NCBI GenBank assembly: GCA_951406725.2
Contig: OX597827.1
Span: 23,560,001-23,624,000 of the forward strand
DNA length: 64,000 nt
Reading direction: 5' to 3'
Source of the DNA: Octopus vulgaris
Lineage: Eukaryota
Shown here: piece after piece, positions 16,096-29,727 of the stretch
How positions within the stretch are numbered: position 1 is the stretch's first letter
Layout of the letters: each line of letters begins with the position of its first letter
Program-made: the position numbers and the translations under genes
Notes under the pieces: model-generated
Seen by the model: only the letters and a program-made list of their open reading frames with translations
Told to the model about the DNA's origin: nothing
The model's database searches: none

Positions 16096-17003
16096 TGTAT
16101 GTATAAATGAATTGATGTGTGTTAAAAAGAAACTTTACTAAATTTTCAATAATAGAGAGTCTCTTCTCGATTGTTCTCGAAGCTTCTCTAAAGAATTGAG
16201 ATGTCAATAATGCAAGCTTTGCAAGAGGTTTATACTATCGCGTTATGACAACCAGACAAATTGGCAATGGCCGACTTGTTAGTGAAGTAGCAATCACGTG
16301 ACGAACGGCGTCCGTCCATCGGAAAACATTGACTCTCTGCCTTCTGTTTTGTTTTGTTAAGGACTGTACAATCGTTGTAAAATATTTTTCATTAAACGTA
16401 AAGATTTGCTGTTTTGTGTGCGGAAGTATGTTAAATGTGAATGTGTAAATCTAACTGAATAGGTGTGCGTTGAAGCTTGTGCTTCGATGTAGATTACCTG
16501 ACAGGCCTAGTTTAACCTCCCCCAACTTGTTCTGTAATGAGGTTTATCGGATTTCAGGCTGCTGGAAGTATTCGTGTTCGGCCCTCGGTTCTATCATTTC
16601 ACGCCTCCGCCTTCGTTAAATTTACTCGCGGCAACATCCTCCTCTTGGAAGAGTGACCTGCAAACGTTTGTGAGCATTATAACTTCCCCTCTATAAATTA
16701 GCAGGAACTATGGAAACGCTTCGTTTTTTAACTATTCCTATTCTTATTTTTCGGAACGGTGGATCTCGAAGCAGTTAAAGCTATAAAGAATAGCGTGTAA
16801 ATATTGGGTTTGAGAACCTTTTGGATAGAAAAAGTCGTAGGCGGCCCGTGGGGCACGAACCTACACCTGTAGACATGACAGGCAAACCTCATAACTTTGT
16901 TTCACTATACTGAAGAGTTGGATTATGTTTTCGATTTCCTTCCATAGTCAAATATGTTGAAAGTTTGAATACACAAATGCCGTGACAAACAAAGCAATAT
17001 GAC

Positions 17004-17084
<81 letters not shown>

Positions 17085-17089
<5 letters not shown>

Positions 17090-18356
17090 TTGTCAAGTAC
17101 GAAATTTGCAGAAAAGACAAAAGTTTGCTAATGTTTTATAAATACAAGGAACAGTTTTATTCATCAAAGTATGCACCCACATTGTCAATACACCTTTGCC
17201 ACTTCAGCGGTAGCTTGTCCAGCCCGGAACAATAAAAGTTTGGCAATTTAGAGTCAATAAAATCTTGGAAGGCCTGTTTTACAGCATCGTCGGAATTAAA
17301 TTTTTTTCCTATCAAAAAGTTATCCAAATTCTGGAAGAAGTGGTAGGCAGTGGGGGCAAGATCAGGTGAGTATGGTGGATGATAGAGAGCTTCTAACTCC
17401 AACGCCTGTAGTTTCGCCAATGTCATTTTTGCGATGTGTGGTCTGGTGTTGTCTTGCAATAAAATAGGAGTGGATCTGTTGATGAATCTAGGCTGGTTTT
17501 TCTTTTGTAAGTTTCTGCATCATTTGGTCCAGTTGGTTACAGTATCCTTCGGCCGTGATTGATGAGCCAGGTTTAATGAAATCATAATGGATTACACCTG
17601 CGCCAGACCACCAAACACACACCATCAGCTTCTTTTGATGAATTTTGCTTTTTGGACTGTGTTTTGTTGTCTTGTCTTTGTCCAACTCTTGTAATGAACG
17701 TTTACGGTTGTTTTAATGGATCCTTTTCTCATCACATGTTACAATTCGATTCAAAAATGATTAATTTTTGTGACGAGAAAGTAGCATAATGCAGGCTTCC
17801 AAACGTTGCTGTTTCTGATTTTCATTGAGTTCGTGTGGAACCCACTTATCAAACTTTTTCACTTTACCGATTTGAACTAGGTGAGTCAATATTATTTGCT
17901 TGTTAACACCAAACAGCAACGATAATTCACGGGCACTTTGAGATGGCTTTCAGTTCATCATTAACCACCTTTGTTTTTTGGTCGGCTGCGTTGCTCATTT
18001 GTGAGGTCAAATTTACCAGAACGAAATTTTGCAAACCAAATTGATACTGTTTGCTGTATAATAACATTAGAATTAGATACTCCATTAATATTCCGATCTG
18101 TCTGTGATGCTGTATTTCCAAGAAAGAACTCATATTTCAAAACTGTACGAATTACCGATTTATCCCACTCCAAACAAAAATAGCAAAAAACGATTTATAA
18201 ATACTTTATTTAGTGCAAAATGAGTTACAATAAAGAAATGGATGTGTCAGCTTTCTAACAAAAAATAAAGATTGTCGAAATATAATAATGGCGCAAAATG
18301 AGCAGCTGTCAAAGTTTACCATAACCTTACTACAAATTTCATAATTGATGACCTAA
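17085..18356 (-). mobile_element. Decayed mariner transposon, second family
   Basis: Imperfect TIRs (T/A)TAGGT(CA/TG)TCAA(T/G)TA(T/C)GAAATTTG; minus-strand fragments WVPHEL, VTCDEK, QDNTRPH and HPPYSPDLAP with several stops and frameshifts. Confidence 0.9.
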
Positions 18357-19089
18357 TACACACACGCGCGCGCACACACACCTATATATTCATGCATGTA
18401 TGTATGTATATCTTCATTTAGTGAAATTTAAACATTCAAATAACAGGACAAATAACCAGTATTCAGAAGCCCAAGTGTATTACCGTTTTTGTTATTGTAT
18501 CATTTGTTATGAATCCAGGGTTTGAGTGTTTCACGGAGTTCAAATAGAAAATAAAATCAAACAAAATATGAAAGGTTTTTAAGAGACATTTAGTGAACAC
18601 CACCAATGTACGTTTCATTAACACAATGTAATTGATTATTAGTCTCATAACGTAAATTAAATAATTAAGACTTATTGTCAAATCGTCAGAGAACTGTAAC
18701 TTTTATGCGTAAGATTACTGGTTTGTAGAAACATTCATAGATTTAAGCACGAGAGTTGATTCTGTCAACATTTCTACAACAATATTACGTATAAAAGTTA
18801 CATGTCATTGACGATTTAACAATTAACCCTGATTATGTAATTTACTTTATGTAACTAACTTGTTTTAATGAAATGTGCTTAAGATGGTATAACCAAATAT
18901 CTTGTAAATAACCTTTCATATTTTGTTTTATTACACATGTTAACAAAAGCTCTCTTGGTCAATCAGTCAGTTACTGCCATTAACTACGCCTATGTTACAA
19001 AATTGTCGTAGACATTAAAGCGCCCTCACAATGTTGCAAGCTTGCTACGGGACCTAAATGCAATATACAAGTTGGAAGAACAAAACCGA

Positions 19090-19625
19090 GCAGTTTAATG
19101 CTGGAAAATTTCTGGTACTGCGCTAACAGAGCATCAAATGAACTCCTAGGAGAGGCTGAAAAGCTACGACTTTATTCTCTGGAGAGGAGAAATGAAAGAT
19201 TTGTAATAATTTGCATATGGAAAATTCTGGAAGGGTTAGGACCTAATTTTGGCATCAAAGTTATACAAATGCTCGTACTGGATGCCGTTGTGTAACACCT
19301 AAAGTGAGGACCAGGAGCTACACTGCTATTCAATGTTTTGCTAAAGAAATAAGGAAACCTACAAAATGTGGATGTGGACGTCTTCAAAAAGGAACTGGAC
19401 ATTCTCCTATCCGCAATGGTAGAATAACAACATCCTGACATCAAATACAGACGAGGGCAGTAGTGTCAAAGTCCATCACACACCAAAGCAGCCAACGACC
19501 AGGAAAAAGAGACATGCAAGATTGCCAATATGAAATCCCACAAGAACCAACCACCTAAAATCGCTGTGGAAAGGGGACAAGATTTACGGTGCTGCCCCGG
19601 CATTACCGCAGCCGCTGCGTGGCTG
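19090..19625 (+). mobile_element. Decayed CR1/L2-like LINE 3' end
   Basis: KLRLYSLERRNERFVIICIWKILEGL..., then DVFKKELDILL, typical of the C-terminus of CR1/L2 ORF2. Confidence 0.6.
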
Positions 19626-19847
19626 AAATGCATAAAAGATATTATATTCATATGTGTGTATGTGTGTGTGTATATATACATACACACGTATACACACACG
19701 CAAAGATATATGTATATACACACACATACGCATGCACACACACATATATACATACGTATATACACGTAAAAATATATATATATACACATATGCACACACA
19801 CAGACATATATACACACATATACATACACACGTATACACAGACGCAA

Positions 19848-19890
<43 letters not shown>

Positions 19891-19969
19891 CGCATGCACA
19901 CACACACACATATACATACGTATACACACACGTAAAGATAGATATATATATACACACATATACACAGAC

Positions 19970-20034
<65 letters not shown>

Positions 20035-20534
20035 CATACATATACATACATACATATTCGCATGCACACACACACACACATAATAGGTTTGTTTATGACT
20101 AAATTTTGCATATTAACATTAACGCAAAGTTCCGCTATTACGTGGCAAGTCAGGTAATGTGCAAAATGGTTGTTGTTTGATTTTTGTCGGTTTTTCTTTT
20201 CAGTCCACCTTTATATTGGAAGACATAATCTATTAATAAAATTACCATTATGATTCTGTAATTCTGTTTCAAAGTTGTAAACGTTGATTATCGTTGATTG
20301 GTGAGGTGGCGACGGCGGGTGGCTGTGACGTCTACACCTGTTTTGTGTTTAAACGGTTTTCGCGGTGAATAAGGTGGGTATTTATTAAATATAACGATAT
20401 ATTATTATGGGAAAACTTTGTTGAAGGTTAAAAAAAAAATTATCTTTTTTGGCTGTAATTCTATTAGTATTTAATCGAAATTATATGGGAGAATATGTAG
20501 GAAAATTATATTCAAAGGAAGCTGGTTCTCTCTT

Positions 20535-20577
<43 letters not shown>

Positions 20578-21077
20578 CTGTCGTTATATGAAAGTCGTTT
20601 TATTTCATAAGAAAATGGATTCCGTGGGTGAAATGTTTGAATCGTGTTTAAACAAACAGCAGTGAGAGTATCTGGAAAATAACATGATTTGTTTTTGCCA
20701 TGCTTTTAAATATGAAAAGTTTTTTCTATAATGCATGGATTACGAAATGAGTTTGATTGTGCATAACGGATGGTTGATGTCTAAAGAACTCCTTTTAATA
20801 AAGAGAGTGAAGTTGTGTGTGTGTGTGTGTGTATGTGTGTGTGTGCAGGTCTGGGCTTTTGTTTATTTTTCCTTATTTAGATACCAAATGTGGGTCGTGA
20901 AACTCGTTTCGATCCCCTCCCCCGCTTAAAGCTTTATAAGTATAATTACGAGGGGTGGATTTGCTGTTAATTACGATGTTGCTGTGATTAATGTTGAATT
21001 TTTTGCTGTGACCGAGTATGTGTGTACGTACGTATGTACGTGCGCGCGTGCATACGTATGTCTGTATGTATGTAGAG

Positions 21078-21118
<41 letters not shown>

Positions 21119-21249
21119 TGCGTGCGTGTGCGTGTTCCCATATCTCTAGATATGCTCCGTATTCTTTTAGGATGAGTTCGACTGTTTTCACGTCGGTTAC
21201 ATCCAACGTCATCTGCATTCCCCAACATGTCCCTACTGGGTCCAAGTTA

Positions 21250-21340
21250 GAAAAGGATGTCCTTTAAGTATCCTAACTTCCGCAGCAGTGGGTCAAGAGC
21301 CAACACATACAAGGGGGGCGAGAGGGGACTGGTTGTAATG
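21250..21340 (-). mobile_element. Tx1/L1-like RT remnant
   Basis: SPLSPPLYVLALDPLLRKL resembles the RT motif PLSPLLYVLALEPLLRRL. Confidence 0.55.
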
Positions 21341-21856
21341 CCTGGGAGGAAAAGACGATTCAGCACTCTGAACTTAAAAGGACCTGTCGCAAAGGAACAA
21401 TTGGAACTGTAATCAACAGTGAACATTGGATATATGCAATCGTGTTCTATTGTCAAAAGCATGATACGTGAACCATAAGAAGTCACATGAAAATAGTAAT
21501 GCCCAGATAGGTAATGATCTTGGACACCAACCACCTCTTATGGCTTGTGTCATATGTCAAAAAACTTGTAAGGTAATATCTGGACTTAAAAGACACATGC
21601 TAGTTCATAAAAACATTCCTTGAGAATCAGATTCCAAAAGGGCAAAGATATAGAAGAAACTTGAATAATATCTGTCACTTATGTTTTAAACCCTGTCAGT
21701 CAACGGCTTGTCTTAAAAGTCATCTAAGGGCTCATCAATGGAGTGATTGTGTTGGGTGATGGAGTGTGGTGTGCATGATGTTGGTGGGATGGCCATCATC
21801 TCTCAAGATGGAACAATCATCATGTATGTATGTATATACATACATACATACGTATA

Positions 21857-21916
<60 letters not shown>

Positions 21917-22337
21917 TAATAGAGGTCACAAAAGTGACGGAGGGTACTGACTAGCACCGGTTTTGCTAAAGATAAGAGTTAATCTAACTCAAAACCACAA
22001 ATGCACTGTCTTAATTGACTGATAAAGGGAAGTAAGTCTCCAGCGTACATAGCCGGATCGCGATTTTGGATTTTGACGTAAACCATATAAATCCTCATCC
22101 GCGGCTCTTAACGCCTAGGGTTAAACTCAACTACCTCTGTCAGTCTTATAAGAAAAACCGTTGAAAACATGTGCTGATTTCCAGAATGGTAAAAGTGTAA
22201 ACAAATTTAAAAGGGTGGCTTGTTAACAATCAGATCATAATGGCAAAATTAACAGAGGTCTCAGAAGTGATAGAAGGTATTCACTAGCACTGTTATTGCT
22301 AAAGATAAGAGTTAAACTCAAAGCCATAGGCGTTAGG

Positions 22338-22393
22338 AGCCGTTGATGAGGATTAAGATGGTCTACACCAAAATCCGAAATCGCGATCCGGCT
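22338..22393 (+). ncRNA. Type I hammerhead motif, C3>U variant
   Basis: AGCCG-TTGATGA-GGATT-(17 nt)-AATCC-GAAATCGCGATC|CGGCT; palindromic stem III ATCGCGAT. A degenerate inverted copy lies at 22051-22106. Confidence 0.65.
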
Positions 22394-23042
22394 ATACACG
22401 CCGGGGACTTACCTCTCTTTGTCAGCCACTTAAGACAGTGAGTTTGTGGATTTGAGTTAGTTTCTTCTGTTGGCCTGCTCGCTTAGCCAGCGGGGTGGCG
22501 TCACTTGAAGGCGAAAACAATGCAAAGCGCATTGTGACCAGCGATGTGTAGCAACATCTGATAGCCTGGTCGGTCACGGTGATATATATATATATAAAAA
22601 CATATAGAAAAGAGTGGTCTAGTTCCCTATAGATACAAGGCGACCACTTTCACTCCCCTCCCCTTCATTTCATTTACCGGTTTCTTTTTTCTCTTCCTTT
22701 TTCTCCTTCGTTTCTTCTTCAGTTTTTCCTTTTTTTTCTCTCTGTTCTCTTTTCTTTTCGGTCCTCTTTCCGTAGCTTTATCATTTTTCTTTTCGTTTAC
22801 TTTGACACATTCTGCGCGAACTCAAGGTCGTTCCCTTCTGCGCATGCCCCAAGGTTGTTAACTTTTTTTCAATTTTACAATTTGTTCACAATTCTTTTCC
22901 ATCGGTCAATCGTCCGGTTGAGTTAAATAGAACTATGGACGCACCTAAAATGCATTTCTGAAACAGCAACAGATCCATGATATACAAACAAGTAAATGTG
23001 TAAAGGCCGTTATTTATGCTTTTCCTTATATATTCATTGTAG

Positions 23043-23177
23043 GGTACTGCGAGTGAAGCTACTTTTGTTGCACTTTTGGCCGCCCGTACTGAAGCTATCC
23101 GACGTTATAAACTTCTTCATGGTTCTATGGAAGATTCCGATATAAACGGTCGCCTTGTTGCCTACTGCTCTGACCAG
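23043..23177 (+). CDS. HDC: Histidine decarboxylase, first coding exon visible in window (135 nt)
   Basis: tgtag|GGT...CAG|gtaaga; translates GTASEATFVALLAARTEAIRRYKLLHGSMEDSDINGRLVAYCSDQ, the ASEAT...LVAYCSDQ block of group II decarboxylases. Confidence 0.93.
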
Positions 23178-23930
23178 GTAAGAGTCCCGGGGTATTCCAA
23201 CGTTTTCTCTTAAATTATTATCTGTTACTTAAGTGTATGTATGTGTGTGAATGTGAGTGAGTATGCGTGTGTGTGTGTGTATTTGTGTGTGTGTGTGTGT
23301 GTGTATGCGTGTGTCTGTGTGTGTCTATGTGTATGCGCGCGCGTTTGTGTACATGTGAATGTGTGTGAGTGATATGAGTGTGAGAGTGTGTATGCTTGAA
23401 TGTGTGTGTGAGGTGATGTACACATGCGAACACAATTACACACGTGTGTTTATGTGTGTATACATACACATATGCATATGTATGTATGTATGCATGTATG
23501 TATGTATGTATGTACGTACGTATGTATGGCCTAGTGGTTAGGGTATTGCACTCATGATTGCGAGACTATGGTTTCAATTCCCGGATTGGGTGGTGCATTG
23601 TATTCTAGAGCAAAAGAGTTCATCTCATGCTGCTTTGCAATCGCTTCGACACTTGACCTATGCTTCGCCGTGCAATGTCCATTTGATGGAAGCAGTGAGT
23701 TCTAACATACAGCACGAACATTTGATCATTGTGAACAAATCATCCATAAAGCTTGTTCAGCAAAAAATTGCAGAATCGTTTTCTTCGGACTCGAGAGAGC
23801 ACGATCAGTAATACCATTTTCAATGAGCTCTATTTTGTCTCAAAGAAACTTAAGAACTTCCGTGTCTTCGGTGCTAGGCTTCATCTGTCGCCGTTTTACG
23901 CTTGTATATACTCTCTACTCTACTGTTTTA

Positions 23931-24159
23931 CTCTTTTACTTGTTTCAGTCATTTGACTGTGGCCATGCTGGAGCACCGCCTTTAGTCGAGCAGATCGACT
24001 CCAGGATTTATTCTTTGTAAGCCTAGTACTTATTCTATCGGTCTCTTTTGCCGAACCGCTAAGTTACGGGGACGTAAACACACTAGCATCGGTTGTCAAG
24101 CGATGTTGGGGGACAAACACAGACACACAAACATATACACTCACATACATGTGTATATA

Positions 24160-24195
<36 letters not shown>

Positions 24196-24352
24196 CGATG
24201 GGCTTCTTTCAGTTTCCGTCTACCAAATCCACTCAGAAGGCTTTGGTCAGCCCGAGGCTATAGTAAAAGACACTTGCTCAAGGTGCCACGCAGTGGGACT
24301 GAACCCGGAACCATGTGGTTGGTAAACAAGCTACTTACCACACAGCCACTCC
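23931..24352 (-). mobile_element. tRNA-derived SINE, family A
   Basis: Second near-complete copy of the 1585-1990 element. Confidence 0.8.
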
Positions 24353-24449
24353 TACGCTTGTATATACATTATAAATGTTATACACATCATTGTTATTTTA
24401 AACTAATGCTGTTTCAAGTCCGTATATTGAAATATGCAATCATACATGT

Positions 24450-24514
<65 letters not shown>

Positions 24515-24646
24515 TGTGTGTGTGTGTGTGGATATATAATCTGTATGGTATTTATTATTTAATTTAATTGTTAAATACTAAACCCTGATGCCATGTTTGC
24601 TTCAGCAGATATGATGCCATCTCCCCATTAACTCCATTCATTTCAG

Positions 24647-24790
24647 GCGCATTCATCTGTAGAGAAAGCAACTTTGATTGGTTTGGTGAAACTAAGACTT
24701 CTTCCTACTGATGATCACCTAAGTTTGAGAGGAAATACACTGGAAATGGCAGTGAAAAAAGATAAAGAAGCCGGTCTGATCCCATTTTTT
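24647..24790 (+). CDS. HDC: HDC exon (144 nt)
   Basis: tttcag|GCG...TTT|gtaagt; [48 protein letters not shown]. Confidence 0.95.
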
Positions 24791-26318
24791 GTAAGTAATC
24801 TGCCATTTTGTTTTCTATATGCCATGACAGAATTTATGGAGCTACTTGTCTCGTGTCTTGGTTTGAATTGTCCTGGACTGGTCAAATCAAGACAGGTTTG
24901 TTTCGTATGAATTGGTTAAATTCGCATTTAGAGTCATGTAAAGTGACGTATGTTGTCTTATACATATCTATACACTTATACACACCGTTAGACAGATGTA
25001 CATCTATAGACATATATACACGTCCGTAGAAATATACGCATATATAAACATGTGCACATTTTAGACACGCCGGTGACACACACATGTGGTAAGAAGTTTA
25101 CTTCCCAACTGCAAGGTCTCGGGGTCAGTCCCACTGTGTGGTACCATGGGCAAGCCTCTTCTACAGTAGCCTCGGTTCTACCAAAGCCTTGTGAGCAGAT
25201 TTGGTAGACGGAAACTGAAAGAAGCCCAGTGTGTGTGTGTGCGCACGCGTGTTTTTGTGTGTGTGCGTGTGTGCGTGTGTGCGTGTGTGCGCGCGTGTGT
25301 GTGCGCGTGCGCGTGTGTCTATACACTTATAGATACATATACTGACATTCGTTTCTCGTTGCTTCGGGGTCGCAGTACATCCACCTAAGAAGTTATAATG
25401 TGTAAACCCTATTTTACAGGCAGAAGAGATGATAGACCTGAGGCAAGAAAGTTCTTTGAATTCATAGAATGTCTTATATTGTCTGCTTTTATTTGCTTTG
25501 TATGGTTCCTCATTCCATCACATTGGCGAATTATTAATTAACTATAAGCAAAGAGTTATTAATTAATTGTTAATGGTTTTTATGCAATATATATATATGA
25601 GATATTATCGGTTTCAAATTTTGGCACAATATCAGAAATTTCGGGAGAGGGGCTAAGTCGATGTAATCGACACCAGTATTCAGTTGGTACTTATTTTATT
25701 GACCACGAAGGATTAAAGGCAGAATCAAACCTCGGCGGAATTTGAACTCAGAATGTAAAGTCGGTGGAAATACCACTTACCATTTTGAGACGGAAGAGAA
25801 TAACAGGGCCACTGACGGGATTTGACCTTGTGACTCTAGGTTACCGAACGGCCGTGTTACCGATTACATTATAGAGCTCCTCCAGTTTCCATCTCTTTAA
25901 ATATAACATAATTTGTTTCCGCTATTTTTACCGTAAGTTGTTTTAAATAAAAATGTGATTTGTCCATTGAGCCGGTCCCGCGGTTATAGGGAAGTTTGTA
26001 ATGTTTTATTAAAACTAAATCTAAAAAAAAAGAAGGTTAATGATGCTTTACTTAATTATTAAAGAGAAATTAATAACTGGATCGTGAGATTCATGTTTGA
26101 AATCCTGGAAGGAGATTCAAATGAGCAATAGAACAGATAAGGCCAGAAGTGACCAACCATCGGACCTCGAACAACGAATTTTTAAAAATTAATTTTTATT
26201 TCTATTTTAATGACTATCATAATCTGCAAAGTGTTTTTCTCATTATATATGCATTAGCTATGTAATAATTAAATGATACGTTAAACACTTCATTGTGTTT
26301 TGCTATGCACGTGATCTC

Positions 26319-26398
26319 TCCGGTCCGTGGGAAAATTGTCTTCTGTCTTCTGTGAAACCAGTCCGCGGTGCAAAAAAAAAAACGTTTGGGGACCGCTA
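26319..26398 (+). mobile_element. hAT (Charlie/MER1-like) 3' terminus
   Basis: CCGGTCCGTGGGAAAATTGTCTT...GAAACCAGTCCGCGGTGCAAAAA...TTGGGGACCGCT resembles, from memory, the 3' end of MER1/Charlie-type elements. Confidence 0.5.
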
Positions 26399-26928
26399 GA
26401 TTAAGTGACTACACAAGACATCTTTCGTTGGTTCCTTTTTCAATGTCAATAGGGAGATTTTCTTGCAAGATTTAATTGCTATATTGAACATACATAAACA
26501 CCCCGCCGTTATTTCACGTACACCTTAACTTAAAGTCTACATACAGTTCGTTGGGAGTGAAGTTGTTGCATTGAATAGATGTAATAAATGGATTGAAACT
26601 TTCTTATTATATCATACAATTTCTATTTAAAATCTATATAAATATATTATGCAGTTTCTTAGAGGAGATTCACCTCTTACATCGAGTAGCTATTGTTTAC
26701 AGCACACAAGCTTCCTCGTTCGTTCATTCGGTTGCTATTTTAAAGAACCATAGACTTCAAGGATGTAAAACCACATCACCTTGAATGGTTTATGTTTTTG
26801 AAATTTTAAATGTAAGCCTGACAAACAGCTACATCACTCCATCTTGGTTTTATATAAGTTAAATAATGTAAAAATATGTGACACCCATTCGCTTTGTTTT
26901 ACTCTAATATTTTGGCTTTTTATTTCAG

Positions 26929-26995
26929 GTGTGCGGCACTTTGGGAACCACTGGAGCTTGTGCGTTTGATAACCTTCCCGAGCTGGGAGCCGTCT
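26929..26995 (+). CDS. HDC: HDC exon (67 nt, ends phase 1)
   Basis: tttcag|GTG...GTC T|gtaagt; VCGTLGTTGACAFDNLPELGAV(C). Confidence 0.95.
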
Positions 26996-27479
26996 GTAAG
27001 TGAAATATATAACAGATCTAATAATATTTATGCCATGTAAGGCGAAAACCTAGCAGAATCGTCAGGACGCCACAGACGAAATGTTTAGCGGCGTTTCGTC
27101 TGTCTTTACGATCTAAGTTCAAATCCCGCCGAGTCAACTTTGCCTTTCACCCTTTCGGGGTCGATATAAAAAGTACCTGTTGTGTACTGGGGTCAATGTA
27201 ATCGACTTACTCCTTCCCTAAAATTTCTGGCCTTGTGCCAAAATTTGAAACCATTGTTATTATTATGTCTTATTTTTGCAAATCTCAGACACTTCGACGT
27301 TAAACAATCGGGACATTTCAGTTTGGGAGCAGTCAACAACAAATTGACAAAGATCCCTGCTTCCTCTCTTCTGCCTTACATAGACAAGATTTTTTTTTTT
27401 AATTCTCGTTTTAACGAGAAATGTTGTCGTCTGCATGATCTGTGACCTTACAGCAATTTTGATTCTGTTTACAGTCTTC

Positions 27480-28065
27480 GAAACTGTCCGATATGCATTC
27501 CAGTGCTGTGGTCAGCACTACAATCACTAAAACAATCTTCATTTTCCACTACTTTCCAGCCTCCTCCTTCAGTGATTTATACTTCTCCATCTTTTCATGC
27601 TCTTTATCTTTTACTTTACTCTCTCCTGGAATAGAGATATCGATAATTTGGGCCTCTTTCTTTCTTCTTGACGACTATAACCATCTGGCTTTACGGCTTC
27701 AGTCATGCCATCATATTGAATGGTGAAGTCCAACAAAAGCTTAAATTTGTCAACCTTTAACACCCATCCTGGTTTCTGCTCGTAGCATTTAGCTGCTTTG
27801 ACAAATCCAGACTTCTCAGATATCATCCGGTGAATATCTCTGGCAACATTATCGTGTCGTCCTTTTGAACTGTCGCTGTGCTATCTTAGCACATTCGCTT
27901 AAAGATGGCTGACCGTTTTTACTTTTGCTCCAAATGCTCTACATAATGGCAATTCTTTCGTTTTGTCAACATAATGTTTAGTGTAGTCAGTTATGAGAGT
28001 CTGCTTCTGAGCACTGCATACCAGAGTCTCAGTGCATCCTTTCAGATCATCATTTCTAAGACATT
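27480..28065 (-). mobile_element. Highly decayed R4/Dong-like LINE fragment
   Basis: Remnants such as LLDFTIQ.DG...KPD and an RHDNVA-like segment; adjoins a (TCA)n tract. Confidence 0.6.
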
Positions 28066-28097
28066 GTTATCATCATCATCATCATCACCACTATCAT

Positions 28098-28129
<32 letters not shown>

Positions 28130-28246
28130 TCATCACCGTCATCGTCGTCGTCGTTGTTCTTGTTCTTGTTGCTGTTGTTGTTGTTGTTGTTGTTTTTGTT
28201 GTTGTTGTTGTCACATTTTAACAGGAAACCTCCTCTTCAATCCAAG

Positions 28247-28409
28247 GTGTTGCCGAATCAATATGGATGCACGTGGATGCTGCCTATGCCGGAACGGCCT
28301 TTATCTGTCCCGAGTTTCGAAAGTTTATGGTTGGCATCGAACACGCCCATTCTTTGGCTTTCAATGCCTCCAAGTGGATGATGGTGAACTTTGAATGCAC
28401 AGCAATGTG
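28247..28409 (+). CDS. HDC: HDC exon (163 nt) with the PLP-binding lysine
   Basis: tccaag|GT...ATG TG|gtaggt; (C)[53 protein letters not shown](W). HVDAAY motif present; Ser before the PLP Lys is HDC-type (DDC has His). Confidence 0.93.
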
Positions 28410-28433
28410 GTAGGTCGATTATATAAACTTACC

Positions 28434-28509
<76 letters not shown>

Positions 28510-29057
28510 CATCTCTTTGTCTGTCTGTCTGTCTCATCCTCTCTCTTTCTCACTCACTCTCTCTCCATCTTCCTGTCTGTTTGTCTGTGAGCCGCTCATC
28601 CACTCTCTCCATCTCTCAGTCTGTCTGTCTGCCTCTCACCCTGTCTCTCTTTCTCGCTCTCTCTCTATCTCTCTCCATCTCTCTCTATCTCGCCTTTCCT
28701 CAACCAGTCCTCACTTTCTCTCTCTTTCCCCCCTTCTGTTTCTCTCTCTCTTTTTTCTTTTTCAATCTCTCTCTCTATCTATCTGTCTGACTGTCTGTCT
28801 TCATCTCTTCCCACCCCTCTCTCATTATCTCTTTCGCTTCCAGCCTTTGGTACCTATTTGTAGTTAAGTCCACTATGCCTTCCTAGAGTATTTGTTTTCA
28901 TCTCAATCGAGGACCGTGCCTCCATTATCGTATATACTTCACATCTCATGAATACATATTTACAGCCGAACGAACTGTGATTATACAAGGGACATAATTA
29001 TAGTTTTATGAACTGTACGTACCATACAATGCATGTAGGCATTTTACTGTACACACA

Positions 29058-29088
<31 letters not shown>

Positions 29089-29362
29089 TCACGCACACAC
29101 TCAAACACACATACACATATAGTTCAAATCTACAGAAAACAAAAGACGAAGACAGGTGTAGGAACAACAAGCAAATGTGTTAGTTTAACGCTCGGGAAGA
29201 ATGGAGTAGTACTTTACGTTGCCAGTCTACGCTCTTCGCCAGAAAGGATTAAGAATGGAAAAAAAGGAGAGAGAATGGGAAAAACGGAAGGAGAAAAAAT
29301 GTGCTGAGTTCAACGGTCCAACAATGCGAGATGAGCAGAAAAAAGAAGCTGAATGAAAGGGA

Positions 29363-29425
<63 letters not shown>

Positions 29426-29655
29426 AAAAATAATAAGAATAAGAATAATAATAAGCATAATGATAACGGTAACGGTGACCCCCCCCCAACGAACTAAGGT
29501 GCGCAAAATTATGTTGATCTGGGAGTTGTCATTGTTGTTGTTTAACTCCAAGTCAGCTCTGACTGAGCAGGTTTATGATAAAAAATATTGCACATCTAGG
29601 ACACCATTCTGTAATGTGTCCCCTTTTTAAAGACGGCAAATATACACATACATAC

Positions 29656-29727
<72 letters not shown>

